NCBI RefSeq assembly: GCF_000143415.4
Contig: NW_003314282.1
Location: forward strand, 159,700-223,699
Source: Selaginella moellendorffii
Lineage: Eukaryota > Plantae > Lycopodiophyta
Reading direction: 5' to 3'
DNA: 64,000 bases
The notes beneath the pieces are model-generated. The model did no database searches and had not been told where the DNA came from. It saw only the letters and a list, made by a program, of their open reading frames with translations. Made by a program: the position numbers and the translations under genes. Shown here piece by piece: positions 1 to 12,520 of the stretch (position 1 is its first letter; every line of letters begins with the position of its first letter).

Positions 1-247
1 GTACATCATGGCAGGGCTTTGCCATGCAAGCAAGATGAAATGCAAGCATTGACAGAAGGTTTGCCATTCATGGGTGTTTTTGTGGATTGCTATGTCTCAG
101 TGGATCATGATAACAAGGTGAGGAAGAAGTTTCTGTCCAGCAAAGAAGTTGATCACCAGCAAAGGACTTTGGTCGAGTGGCTGATAACTGATTTGGCACC
201 TCACTGGAAGAGGAGAGCTGTGGGTGCTCTGGCAAAGCTAGCTTGAC

Positions 248-524
248 CCTGACAGATTCATCCTTGATGTATGGTATAGACCAGATGCAAGTTTGCACTA
301 GTTGGTGTCTGATCTTCCAAAGGAGAGTGTTATTGGCCGCTGCTGATTTCCATTGGCAGAAGGAAGATGGAGATGCCTTGATATTCCTGACAGATTCATC
401 CTTGATGTATGGTATAGACCAGATGCAAGTTTGCACTAGTTGGTGTCTGATCTTCCAAAGGAGAGTGTTATTGGCCGCTGCTGATTTCCATTGGCAGAAG
501 GAAGATGGAGATGCCTTGATATTC
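248..524. repeat. Tandem duplication with a 138-bp period
   Basis: cctgacagattcatcc...gccttgatattc at 248-386 is repeated at 386-524. Confidence 0.95.
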
Positions 525-570
525 AAGGATACATGGCCTCTCCTTTGTTGGTTGTGTTGGAAAATGGATC

Positions 571-642
571 TGGACAGGCCGGGGATTGAACCCAGGACCT
601 CCTACACCGGTGCCAGGTGCTCTACCACTGAGCTACCTGCCC
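571..642 (-). ncRNA. tRNA-like Pol III cassette in TRIM 3' LTR
   Basis: Minus strand GGGCAGG-TAGCTCAGTGGTAGAGC-A-CCTGGCACCGGTGTAGG-AGGTC-CTGGGTTCAATCCCCGG-CCTGTCC-A: 7-bp acceptor stem, D arm, T arm, A box (625-635), B box (583-591); degenerate anticodon arm; TTTT at 561-564. Confidence 0.85.
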
Positions 643-774
643 TGGTTGTGTGCATGTTCAGCTTAGTTCTAACACTCCCCCCTAAGCTGAACACGCCACA
701 CATCCCTACCTGCCAGTCCATGCCTACCACAGGCCATCCAACCATAGCTCCGATACCATGTTGGAAAATGGATC

Positions 775-846
775 TGGACAGGCCGGGGATTGAACCCAGG
801 ACCTCCTACACCGGTGCCAGGTGCTCTACCACTGAGCTACCTGCCC
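775..846 (-). ncRNA. tRNA-like Pol III cassette in TRIM 5' LTR
   Basis: Identical to 571-642. Confidence 0.85.
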
Positions 847-1318
847 TGGTTGTGTGCATGTTCAGCTTAGTTCTAACAGGTTGGACTTGTGATGGTCAGG
901 CATGGTTCCATTTTAGGGAGAAAAGATTGAAGTTTTTCACTATTTTGACTTGACTTTGGGACCAGTTTTGATGTACTCCCCAAGAACTTATATCCCCAAA
1001 AGCTGGCAACACTGCTGCGTCTACTTTGCAATTTTAATAGTGGAAAGTTGTCTATTTTTCATTGGCCATAGTTATGGTGCTGCAGCTGGTTGTGGCCATG
1101 GCTGCTGCCATTGCCATTGGCCCCTTGCTATTGGCTCTAGCCATGGTTGGTGTGGCTGTGCCATTGCAGATTGTGCTAAAAACATCACTCAAAGGTAAGG
1201 TTTTTCTTTTTACTTGATGTGGTTATTGTTGAGATTGTATTCTCCCATAGTCAGCATCACATTGAAAAGATGTAGTATATATATCTTTTTGTAGACAGTA
1301 TTTATATAAATTTGCTAC

Positions 1319-4300
1319 TATAAGTCTAAGTATACAGCTATGATGCCGTACTAATATTAGCGTAGTGGGATTTTGGTAGTTGTTAAATTGGTTTTAATCT
1401 AGACCACTCACTCATATATATAAGCTAAGGTTTTTGGGCTAATTGATATGCATATTTTCTATATTCCCTTTCCATATTCCATACACTCACATTGGTGGAG
1501 GTGAGGGGCACTTTTGATTATCCCTGAGGAGTGCTTAGATTTAGGATTTTTATTTAAATTTAGCTTTTGCATTGCCTAGATTTAGTTTTTTCCATTTCCT
1601 TTTTTTTGTTCTTTCCTTTCAGGATTTTGGTTTAAATTTAGCTTTTGTATTGTTTAGATCTCATTTTCCTTCTAGCTTTTTTCATTTCTCTTCTTTTTCT
1701 CTTTCCTTTTCATTTATTCATTTTTATGGCAGAGCAATAATCTCCTCTTCAGACTCTAGAGCAACAATTGGTGCAATTGCTTGATGCTATGTGATTGCAA
1801 TTGAATAACCAAACTCAGTTGATGGCGGCATTCATAGCATATAGTACAGCTCTTTTTGCTCTTGGTGCTAGTCCTCGCATTCAGCCGGAGTTCTTTTGTG
1901 GGAATTTTAGGGATGATGTGTACTATTGATTTGATCACTTCATGGTGATTGCCACATATTATTCTTGGGATGATGCTCAATGTTTGCATGAGTTTCCCAT
2001 GTATTTCCAAGGGATGGCACTACAATAGTACAATGGTTTGAGTACAGCCACTCATGGGGATTAGAGTATTTTCTCGGACGTTTTCAAACATGCATTTGGA
2101 CATGCTGATGATTGTAATGATACGTTTCAACAATTGTATCATTTTCGTCAAGGGTTATCAGAGTCAGTGATGCAATTTAGCATTTGTTCCCGAAACCTTT
2201 TACTTTGTGTGGAGCTAAATATGTTGGAGTGTTTCAAGTTGGGAATGTTATGGCCAACACTTCATCAAGATCTTGTAAAACTTGTGTATGCACTTGCTCC
2301 AGCCACCTTTGATAATGCCTTTCGCTTGGCACAATATTATACCACTTTTCGCTACATGTCCTTTAGCTCCACTTCCTGTAAGAGATGGGTCTTACTCCAA
2401 TGAAGATTGATGTTGCTACTGCTTGAATTCAAGGACAAGGGTGAAGACATGGTTGTGGCCATGATGTTTGCTATTGGGCATGTGATGAAGTTGGTCATAC
2501 ATATCAGCGTTGTTGGTGTTTTCCAGATTGGCGGCCTCCATTTCTTAGATGGAGACCTTGGCGTCAACAATGTCCTATTAGTATTGCTGTAGTGGAAGGT
2601 CTGGACATCGAGATGCATCTAAGAAAGCATGAGTCATGTGAGTAACAAAGGGATCTTGCCCAAATAAGTTAATGACCCTTCCATCTTTCTTTCAACAGTA
2701 TCATCAAGGGGTTCACTCAGCACCAATTCATCTAGTATTTACTTTTTAAACTTGTTTTTATAACAAGAGGTCTTTTATTATTCTCTCTGTATTGGTTGAT
2801 ATAGGTTCAAGTTTATCTTTTATGCTGGACCTGTTACCACACATTGCTGTTTACATTTGCATCTTGCAATAGAGCCAATTTTCATTCTTTATAGCAACGG
2901 CCGTACATATGTATGTATATAGAATGAGGTAGATCTAGTTATGCATGTGGGCAATCTCGAGCTTGGGTTGCAGTCATTGCATATGGTGCCAAGTCAAGCT
3001 TTTAACCTCATCCTTGGTATGGATTGGTTGCAACATAAGTATGCCAAATGTGACTTTGCAGTTTCTCCCCTTTATCTCATACTTCATTATATTTCATCAA
3101 TTCCTCTCATTTTTGTACTTCCTCATCCCTTTGTTTTTACCTTTGCTTCCATTACTTCCCATTACTTCCTCCTATGTTTTCGTCTTATTCCGCTCTTCTC
3201 TTTTCCAATCCTTCCGATAGTCTTTGTGTTGTAGTAGTTGACCAGCTTATGAAGGAGTATGCTGATCTCTTTGAATTTGACCTATCGTTTAGGGCTAATA
3301 TTGCCACACATTATCTGATTCCCACCGGGGATGTTTATTCAATCAAAGTTTCTATTCATCATCAGTCACCCAAAGAGATCAAAATTTTACATGCAAACGT
3401 CAAAGATATGTTAGAAAAAGGGTGTTATTTGAAAGTCATGGAGTCCTTGGGCATGTGAACCTCATATTGTGATAAAGCCTGATGGAAGTATTTATTTCTG
3501 CATCAACTATCATCCATTAAATGAATTGACGATCCTTGATATGTACCCTCTTCCTCACATTGCTGATCTTTTGGATCGTCTAGGGAGAAATCGATGGTTT
3601 ACCGAGTTAGATCTTGTTTTTAGGTACTGGCAAGTATCGATGGCCAAAGAAGATATTCCTAAGACTTTTTTTCATATACCGTTTGGTTTGTACGAGTACT
3701 TGGTGATGTTGTTTAGTTTGAACAATGCTCCAATGACTTTCTAGTAGATGATGGACAAGGTTCTTTATGATATGCCGGAGGTGATTGTTGACTTCATTGA
3801 TGATATCTTGATCCACTCAGAGGGGACGTGGGAGGAATACATCTCTAATGTTCATAAAGTGTTGGATCAGCTACAAGATGTTGGTTTAAAGCTAAAGCAG
3901 TCGAAGTGCGTGTTTGGGTCTAAAGACATGACTTATCTTGGGTACTATATTTTTCGTGAGGGTTTGTAAGTTGATCATGAAAAACTTGTGGCTATTCTAA
4001 AGTTCCCTACTCCAAAGTGTGTGAATGATATGCAACGCTTCCTAGGCAATTTATAATATCTCAGTCATTTTGTGGGTCATTTTTTTTATTGCATTGCACC
4101 ATTGCAAGCATTGTTAAAGTCATCAATGTCATTTTTCATTTGGTCTATAGACTGTGAAAAAGCGTTTATGGATCTCAAAGAGCTATTGATGACTCCTCCG
4201 GTTTTGGCATATCTTGACTACACTTGATCTTCCATTTTGCACGTGGATGCTTTTGATGTTGGTCTCGGAGATATGTTGATGCAAAAGAGCCCAAGTGTGT

Positions 4301-7300
4301 TTGGTCAACACCATCCCATTGCATATATCAGCTATACATTATAACAAGTGGAAGTGAATTACTCCATAATAAAGAAGGAGTGTTTAGTAGCAGTTTGGGG
4401 TTTTGAGAAACTTCATACATATCTATATAATTCTTAGATGTTACTAGAAGGTGATCATACTGCCATTACTTCATTATTGAAGCGCAAGAATTTAGTTAAT
4501 CATACTGCTTGATGGGCTTTAAAGCTTTAGATATATGATTTTGATATTGTTTATTGCTCAAGGAGTTTTATAGCTAATGCTGATGCCCTTTCTCAAGCTC
4601 TTCTTCCTTCTTCACTCTTTTATCATATTTTAGATAAGCCTTTTATTTCGGTATTTGTGAATTTTCTAGACAAGGATTTTGTGCCATCGGTGGTTGTTAT
4701 ACTTAATATTCAGTGTTCACAAGATGCAAAGCAAGATCTACTTTCTCTTAATAAGGTTTGTGAGGTTTAAAAGATTGAGCCATGGATTTGAAGGCTTTAA
4801 AAATGGTTTAAGAATCATGCATCACTTGCTAATGACTTGTTATCCCGGCATTTATATTTTCAATATCGCCTTGAAGACAACTTTCTTTATTTTATGGGGA
4901 TAGATCTTGATAATCATTTATGGCTAATGGTGTCTTCAATCTTTATTCTATAGTTTCTTTATGCTTACTATGATTCTTCTGTTTTATATGGGCATATGGG
5001 ACATTGTCATATAACTAAGAAATTATGTAGGTATTTCTATTGGCCAGAGATGCGGTGTGATGTTATCTTGTATATGCGTAGTTGCCTTTGGTGCCAAGTT
5101 CGTAATACTCCCCTTCGTGCTGCAAAAAGTCAATTGGAGTCAATTGTAATTTCCCATCCATTTGAGTTGTTGGCATTTGATCTTATGGGACCTTTTCCAC
5201 GATCGACTATTAGCAATGAATATGTTATTATTGCTTCTGACTACTTGACTCATTGGGTGGAAGTTGGTGCTCTTGCTAGCACCTTTGCAACTATTGTTGG
5301 ATACTTCCTCTTCAATTGAGTGGTGTTCTAGCATTCTTGTCTGGAGCGGATTCTTTCAGATATGGTTGAGGCATTTCATGTTTTGACGTCTTGATTGGGG
5401 ATACGCCACACTTTCACGAGTTCTTATCATCCACAATCAAACGGTTTGGTGGAATGGCTTGTTCGGACATTCAAAGGGATAATCGCGAATTACATGAACT
5501 TTCAACATTCAGATTGGGATGGTTATTTGCCATCTTTTCAATATGCATATGTCACAGGGGTGCAGAGTTCTATTGGTGTTTCACCATATAAACTTCTATA
5601 TGGTCATGATCCAATATTACCAATGGAGCTAGGTTTACCTTCACGATTGCCACGAGCTGCTAATGCTAGATCGTAGGATCAGTATTTGACAAGAATTCTT
5701 CCACTTATCCAAGCAGAGTCTTAGATAGTGTACAAGTGGGATAACAATGGACCTACAACTCCCATCATTGTCCACCTATAGAGTACAAAGTGGATGATTT
5801 GGTGTTAATCTGTTTTCCCCATCTTACGATACATGGTTTATCTAAAGGGCTCCTTGCTTAGTGGAAAGGATCGTATCGAGTGTTGTGGCAAGTTGGACCA
5901 CAAGTTTATGAGGTTTAGCATGACATCCAGTAAGATGATCCTCCAGAAATTATGCATGTGCAATGGTTGGAACACTTCGCATAAAGGGATCATGAACAAT
6001 TAATACCACCTATAGATCTACTGATGCCTCCTCATGATATTTGTGAGACACAAAATCCTTAGGCCCCAAAGGGGAGCCAAAAGGGTGCCACGTGGTAGTG
6101 GTTGAGGCAAAATCCAAATGAGTGTAATACATTTGGACTAAAAGTTTTGACTCGAAAAGTTGAGAGCAAGAGTGGAACTCCCAACAAAATGCTCAAGGAA
6201 CAAGCACAAAACGAGCTATAAGTGAGTCTCTAAAAGAGGGACACAAGAGCCAACACATGACATGTGGAAGTGTCTGAGATAGAGTTTAAGATGGACTTGA
6301 GATGGAGTCTGAGATAGACCCAAGATGGAACCGAGACCAAGATCGAGACCGAGTCCGAGACCGAGACCGAGTCCGAGTCCGAGATCAAGACCGAATACTA
6401 ATACAGGTTATACCCATGTGTTGGGTGATGAAATAACCACTAGGAAGTCCAAGGCTAGAGTGAATATAGACTGACAAGTGGGGTAGCTTGGTGAAGTGTT
6501 TAAGAGCCGGCTCTAGTTCCCTCGGGAGATCGAATGGTCGATACTCCTAGTCCAAGCATGGGTGGCACTACCTACTTGGATACTTAGCATGGCTGAACGA
6601 AACTTCACTTTAAGCCCATGGCTAGAGCACCCAAAGGTAGAAGGTGGGGAGAGTACCCTTGATACTTGCATAGCACATGGTGTTCCAAAATGTTGTCCTA
6701 AAGTCCCAGACTATGGAAAGGGAGAGGAATAATCCTCTAGTGTAGTGACCAAGGATACAGTCATGTGGTGAGGAAGTCCCAAAAGACAGTGGGACTTAGT
6801 GGTCGGGCCTGTGAGCCTTGTCCCAGTGGCAGTGTTGGCAAACATAGCCATAGACAGAAAAGGGACTTGGTGGGGACTATAAAAGGGATATTGGGGAAGG
6901 TTGTGCTTTATATTTACAAGCATCCTAAGGGTGCTAAGGAGTGGATTTGGGATGACCACTCATGGATGGATGGCCCAGTCTTTGAGAGACAATACTGTGA
7001 TGCCAGTGGTGTTGGACCATTGTATGGCAAAGGTGAATGAGCATGATTTTAGTATAACAAGCTGATATGTCGGTAGTACCTTTAGGTGTTGATCATGGGA
7101 TTAGACACATGGAGCATTTAGACCAAATGCAAAGCTTGAGTGGCAAGGATGCCATTCCTGAAGCTAGCAAGCCCTAAATTTGGAATAGGACTCATGAAGG
7201 TTGTGTCGGAGGTGTGGTTAAGTGATTAAAATAAAATGGAAAATTTAGTCACTTACAATATTCTACCAAATCCCGGCCCATCTATAAGAGAACCCTAATG

Positions 7301-7496
7301 GTCTTTCATTATTCCGATGATGTGGGGTCCAAGTGTGCGGCTACGATCTTATATACTAATATTAGCGTAGTGGGATTTTAGTAGTTGTTAGATTGGTTTC
7401 AATCTGGACCACTTGCTCTTGTATATAAGCTAATATTTTTGGGCTAATTGATATGCACATTTTCTGTATTCCTTTTCCATATTCCATGCACTCACA
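1319..7496 (+). mobile_element. Degenerate Ty3/gypsy LTR retrotransposon (element A), short LTRs, tRNA-Ala-type PBS
   Basis: Diverged LTRs ~1319-1491 and 7321-7496 ending ..cactcaca; PBS TGGTGGAGGTGAGGGG at 1493; gag/zinc-knuckle remnants (~2000-2620), RT (YPLPHI..FIDDILIHS, 3469-3969), RNase H, integrase (YHPQSNGLVE, 4996-5676); many stop codons. Confidence 0.9.
6042..7257 (+). mobile_element. Solo LTR (family S, copy 1) nested in element A
   Basis: TGTGAGACA..CACTTACA termini; TSD ATATT at 6037-6041 and 7258-7262; homologous to 23119-24554 and 27634-29093; strand assignment tentative. Confidence 0.88.
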
Positions 7497-8507
7497 CCAC
7501 AATAAAAATCATATATAGTTTTTCTTGAAAACCTAGAGTATTATTTTTATTAAAAACTATACAAGAACACTTTACTATAAACTAAATAATAAAATATATC
7601 TAAAGCCAGATATAGTAAAACTACAGTTTTATCATATTTGAAGTCTTATTCATTTAGCTTGCTATGAAGTTCTATCAAATGTGCATTGTAGTGCATGCTC
7701 TGCAGTGCTAGTAGCACTAATAGTCATACACTTCAAAAAGGTTTGTGATACTATGCAGCTCTAATCTCAAGATCTTGGATGTGGTTTTTGGGGTTGTTGC
7801 CAATACTCCAAACTTGGCAAGCTTGAATGTTTGGGAATTTTCTCCAAGGAATGGATGCTTGCATTGTGCACCTGAAGGATAACTTGATCAATCTGGCTCT
7901 CCATAGTCCATGCATGCTTGACAAATGATGTGAGAGACTGCAAGAAATGATGCTTGCTGAAGAGTGGGATTATCCTATAGCATTTTGAAGCACACACCCA
8001 TATTGTGCAGCTCTGGTTGTTGAGTTTTGGAGTCCTTGACCAAGACATCAGCCCTCTCTAGCTAAGTTAACAAACAAGTTAACATCTAACCCTATTCTCA
8101 AGATATTGCTCAGCATTCATTAGGTTCAAATGCTTGAGGTGCATTTTGACTATAAGGTGGTGGTGCACCCAGAGACAGAGTCCCATACTGCCATATAACC
8201 AAAAAATGGCATGTGTTGTTTGTCCTGATACTATTCTATGTGGTGATTTGAAAGTCAATTCTAAATTCTCTTTTAATTTAATTAATCCTTTTGTGAGCCT
8301 TAGATTTTCCGAAGACTTTTATTTAGTGCAAAAAGTTTAGCTTTTGATCACAAGAGACTTTTCTGACATACTGCCTAGGGAGACTCTTGTACCTTGGAGG
8401 CTCTAGTAGACATCTCTCTCCTAGAGACAAATCCAAAGGCATTCTTTAGGAATTCTTGGCAAATGTGCAAATGTGCAGTGCTTGAGTAAAAGGCTAAAGA
8501 TTCACTT

Positions 8508-11500
8508 TGAAATGAACAAGAGAGTGAACTCTAGGCCAACCTCCCAATCCTTAAGGCATTATGGCCTTAAATCCCACAGGTTGTAAAATATTCTTGGAAT
8601 ATTCCTGTGATTTATGTCATTCACCCCTCCCTCATGACCCAGCTATGAACAATAGCTTTGAGAAGCTAAACAAGCCTCACATGAAAGGCAAAGCAATATA
8701 ACCATGGAGAAAAGATGTGCAAACGACAATACTAACATCATAATAAATGGCCATGAAGAAAAAAAAGCAATACAACTTTCTCTCATGACAACATGGTTAT
8801 GGAAATAAGAGAATGAGAATAAACAAATGGCTCAAATCATATAGCAATATGGCTATAGAACTCAATTCTCCCTTCCCTAGGACTGTCATCAAAGTTATAA
8901 CTAAAACTTAGAAACACTCTCTTCACATCATTCTCAGTTTCCCATATAGCCTCATCTATAGAATAACCATTCTACTGAACTAACAACTCCTTAGTTGTTT
9001 TTCAGTGTGTTTTCACCAATCTTTGAGCAAGAATATTGGCCGAACCAGCCTTCTTAGCATGAATCTCTAGAACCTGAATGATGGACTAATCCACGACATC
9101 ACCAGAGTGTAAACATGTTTTGAGCTTGCTCACATGGAATATTGGATGAATCTTCAAACTAGTTGGCAAATCTAAAGTGTATGTAAGATCCCTCACACAC
9201 TATAAAATTGTTCAAGACCCATAAAACAATGGAGACAACTTAGCACTACAACTTCCTTTCAGAGACCATTATGCATCCGACAACTTAAGGAAAATTTTCT
9301 CACCAACTTTGTACTCTTGATGATGATGATGCTCATCAGCCAATCTTTTGTCTTGATCTTGAGCTTGTCTCATATTCAACTTTGCCAACTCAAACTTATC
9401 TTGCATATACTCCAGGAAATCATAAGCATGCGGTACCCGAACCAAAGCTAAACTCAAACTCACGGGAGACTTAGGCTCATAGCCATACATTGCCATAAAG
9501 GGAGACATGCCAATAGCCAATCGATGAGTGCTATTGTGAGCAAATTGAAGCAAAGGCAAGTATTTCTCTTATACTCCCTATCGAGATAAGTTTCCCATAA
9601 AAGACCTCAATATATCTTTTAATAGCTAATTCATGTGCTCTATTTGCCCATTTGATTGTGGATGCTCACCACTACTATGCTCAACTTAGTCTCTAGCTTC
9701 TCAAAGATTGTTTACCAAAACTTGGATATAAACTTAGGATCCCGATCATTCACAATATCATCCAACAAACCATAGAGATTAAATAACTAGTCTACAAAAA
9801 ACTAAGCAAGTTCATAAGCTTTTATCATTGTCTCCACAAAGAAGAAGTGAGCCATCTTCATCAAACGATCCACAACAACCCAAATAGCATCATTTCTTTA
9901 AAAAGTTTTGGGCAAACTAGTAATAAAATCCATTGAGATGCTATCTTATTTATGCTTGGGTACATGTAAAGGATGATAGAGGCCAACAAGCTTCTAATGA
10001 TCAACTTTGACCACTTGGCAAGTCAAACAACTATATATGTACTTCTCAACATCTGATTTCATCCTAGGCCAAAAGAAATACCTCTTCACTAACATATACA
10101 TTCTCAGTACTCTTGGATGCCCAACACTTGGCACATCATAACACTTAACTAAAATCCATTTGATGAATTTGTCAATATAAGGAAACCACCACATGTCCCT
10201 TCTTCACTAGGATTCTATCTTGTATCTCGAATGACGCAAACTTGTCACCCTTCAAATTTGTAGAAGCATCCCTCAATAAAACCTTCGCACAAATATCATT
10301 GATAAAGGAGTCGAAGTCAACAAACTCCTTAAGCTCATTCAAGAGATCATTGGATAGCTTTACGAATAAGATAGAATTGATCATCGTGGATAATGCATCA
10401 ACTATCTTATTGTCACTTCTATGCTTGTATTGGATCTTAACAGACATTTCCTATAGAAACTCTTGCCAACAAGTAAGGTGGCCTCAAAGATCCTTTTGTT
10501 GACTGAAATACTAAAGAAACTGATAGTTTGAATCCATATAGAAGTCCAATTCATATAGATAATGTCACCATTCCTTCACAGTAGCAATCATAGTATACAA
10601 CTCTTTGTCATGAATAGGCTAATTCCGTTGTGTGGCATCAAACTTATGGCTCATATACACAAGAGGATGCTCAACTTGAAGCAAGATGGCTCTAATAACA
10701 ATATTATTTGCATCTGTCTCAACTATAAGAGGCTAGGAGTGAAAAATCCACTATAACAAATACTTGAGTTTTATCTATGATGGATCCCACCACATTCATA
10801 TTTAGAATTCATTAACCCCTTCAAGATAATCTTTGCCTTAATATCTAGTCTTATGATAATGAAAACAATTACCCTCTACCTTGTCCTTCTTTTGTTGGTC
10901 CAAATGATATCTTTTGGCCTCATTACCATCTCCACTCTTCAAGCCACGACGAAACAATGGCTATTTCTTCCCCGAAGATGAAGTATTGGTGGGTTGGTTA
11001 TCACATTGACTACCCTATAGACCATCCTATTGACTATAGTTGACCAAATTGATTGACAGTTTGGGTTAAAAGATCTGAGCCTTAGTGATATGAACGTTGT
11101 TGGAAAATCCTTCTTGACCTTTTATTACATATCTACTAAGCTCAAACCTTTGATAAAACATTGCACCTTTAGTAGTTTATTATAAGTGCCTATGAGACTA
11201 AAGCAAATATCACGAAACTTGCGGGCATACGCATCCAAAAACAAAGTCCTTTGTTGGATCTCTAACAATTGATTCACGAGATCAACCTCTTCAAACTTCT
11301 TGACAAATAAAGCACGGAAAACCCTTGTCAAATTAGTCCAAGAAGTTAGCTTTGGATTAACTTTGATGTAGTTCTTTCACCACGAAGAAGCATGGTTTAT
11401 AAGCTTTGTTACAAAAAAATTAATCTTCACCTTATCTTCACAAGGATTGTGAAATCAACAACTTTCCCACAATTCTAACTAATAATCAACTTTTGATTAT

Positions 11501-11899
11501 CACAAACATTTGGTGATGACTTCCATTCCATGATACCATAATCCTTGGCATGCATGACGTACCAATGGTAATCACAAACATGAGATTGATTCAACCCTTG
11601 AGGGTCTATGCGAAGCAAGAAATCCCTAATGAGATTAATAGAATTCTTAACCTCCTTTTTGTTGCTATGAATCTCAAAAATCTAGCGTCTTTGTTGCACA
11701 ATAACATTATCAAGAGTCTCTTCCTCATCATCGTTAACACCGTACTCCTTATTAGGATCAATATTTTGCTCTCCCACCATCCCCAGTTGCTCCAATATTA
11801 ATGAAACGAATAAAAGAACATACCCTAGGCCAAAGGCATTATGGCCTTAAATCCCACAAACTATAGAATATTCTTGGAGTATTTTTGTGGTTTGTATCA
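8508..11899 (-). mobile_element. Internally deleted chromodomain-bearing Ty3/gypsy element (element B) with ~100-bp LTRs
   Basis: LTRs 8508-8619 and 11802-11899; TSD CACTT at 8503-8507 and 11900-11904; minus-strand PPT next to 8619; gag (11125-11331), RNase H remnant, integrase (GHPRV..YFFWPRMK..C..CQ; PLLQFAHNS), chromodomain-like tail ~8920-9000; no RT seen; empty site at ~37840. Confidence 0.85.
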
Positions 11900-12520
11900 C
11901 ACTTAAACTTTGCAAGTTGCAGTGTTCCTGTATTGCAAGCTTGTATACCAAGAGGATATTCTGGGAATATTTTATGGCCCAAAGGGATTTAGGGCTCGAA
12001 TGTTCACCATGAATCTTACATAAGAACATAGGGAGAAAAATATATGAAAAACTCATCACTATATCTTGACTTTGCTTGTGCACACTCTTGTTTTTCTATG
12101 GCTTCAATCTTATATGGTCTTGGCCTTGACCTGACTGCATCCTAACTATTGAATTTCCATATAAAAATTCTTGCTAATGTTTTGTAATATTCTTTAGTAC
12201 CCAATTTATTATCTGGGTTGTTGAAATTTCTCAATCTCCTTTTAGCTTTATTATTTGTTTGCTGCTACTCAATGCCTTTGCACAAGCAAGCATTGCTTTG
12301 ATCTAGCGCCTTAAATATCTAATGCATCCAACACTTCAATCATCCTAAACATTATAAAAGGGATTGCAATTAAGAGGTTTATTTTCCTCTTCATTATTGG
12401 CCTCATGGCTAGCAACCTAGGATCAAGAGGGCTTCAATACCATGAAAGCGGAGAGCAGGGAGGAAAGAATCATATATAGGTATATATACATTGCCTTGTG
12501 GGTACAACAAAAATGTCATC

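Larger units (their letters stand above)
555..878 (-). mobile_element. TRIM (non-autonomous mini LTR retrotransposon) with tRNA-like sequence in both LTRs (Helenus/TRIMp3-like)
   Basis: Identical 120-bp TG..CA LTRs at 555-674 and 759-878; 84-bp internal region; on the minus strand PBS TGGTATCGGAGC (747-758) and PPT AGGGGGGAG (675-683); 5-bp TSD GGTTG at 550-554 and 879-883. Confidence 0.95.
1..1060 (+). pseudogene. Degenerate 3' part of the P-loop NTPase gene family (paralogue of 30287-32206), interrupted by a tandem duplication and a TRIM
   Basis: Translated pieces EMQALTEGLP..VFVDCYV..KFLSSKEV.QQRT.VE.W, DGDAL, and LGPVLMYSPRTYIPKSWQHCCV match the intact copy; frameshifts and deletions present. 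Confidence 0.85.

Noticed and set aside
571-846. Two bona fide tRNA genes (apparent anticodon CCG)
   Set aside because: Anticodon stem mismatched, no U33, and both copies are parts of LTRs
243-953. 236-aa ORF with internal repeats
   Set aside because: By-product of the 138-bp duplication and the 204-bp LTR offset, both multiples of 3
7620-8500. Possible gene in duplicated sequence (also 36870-37840)
   Set aside because: No continuous ORF or recognisable domain in either copy
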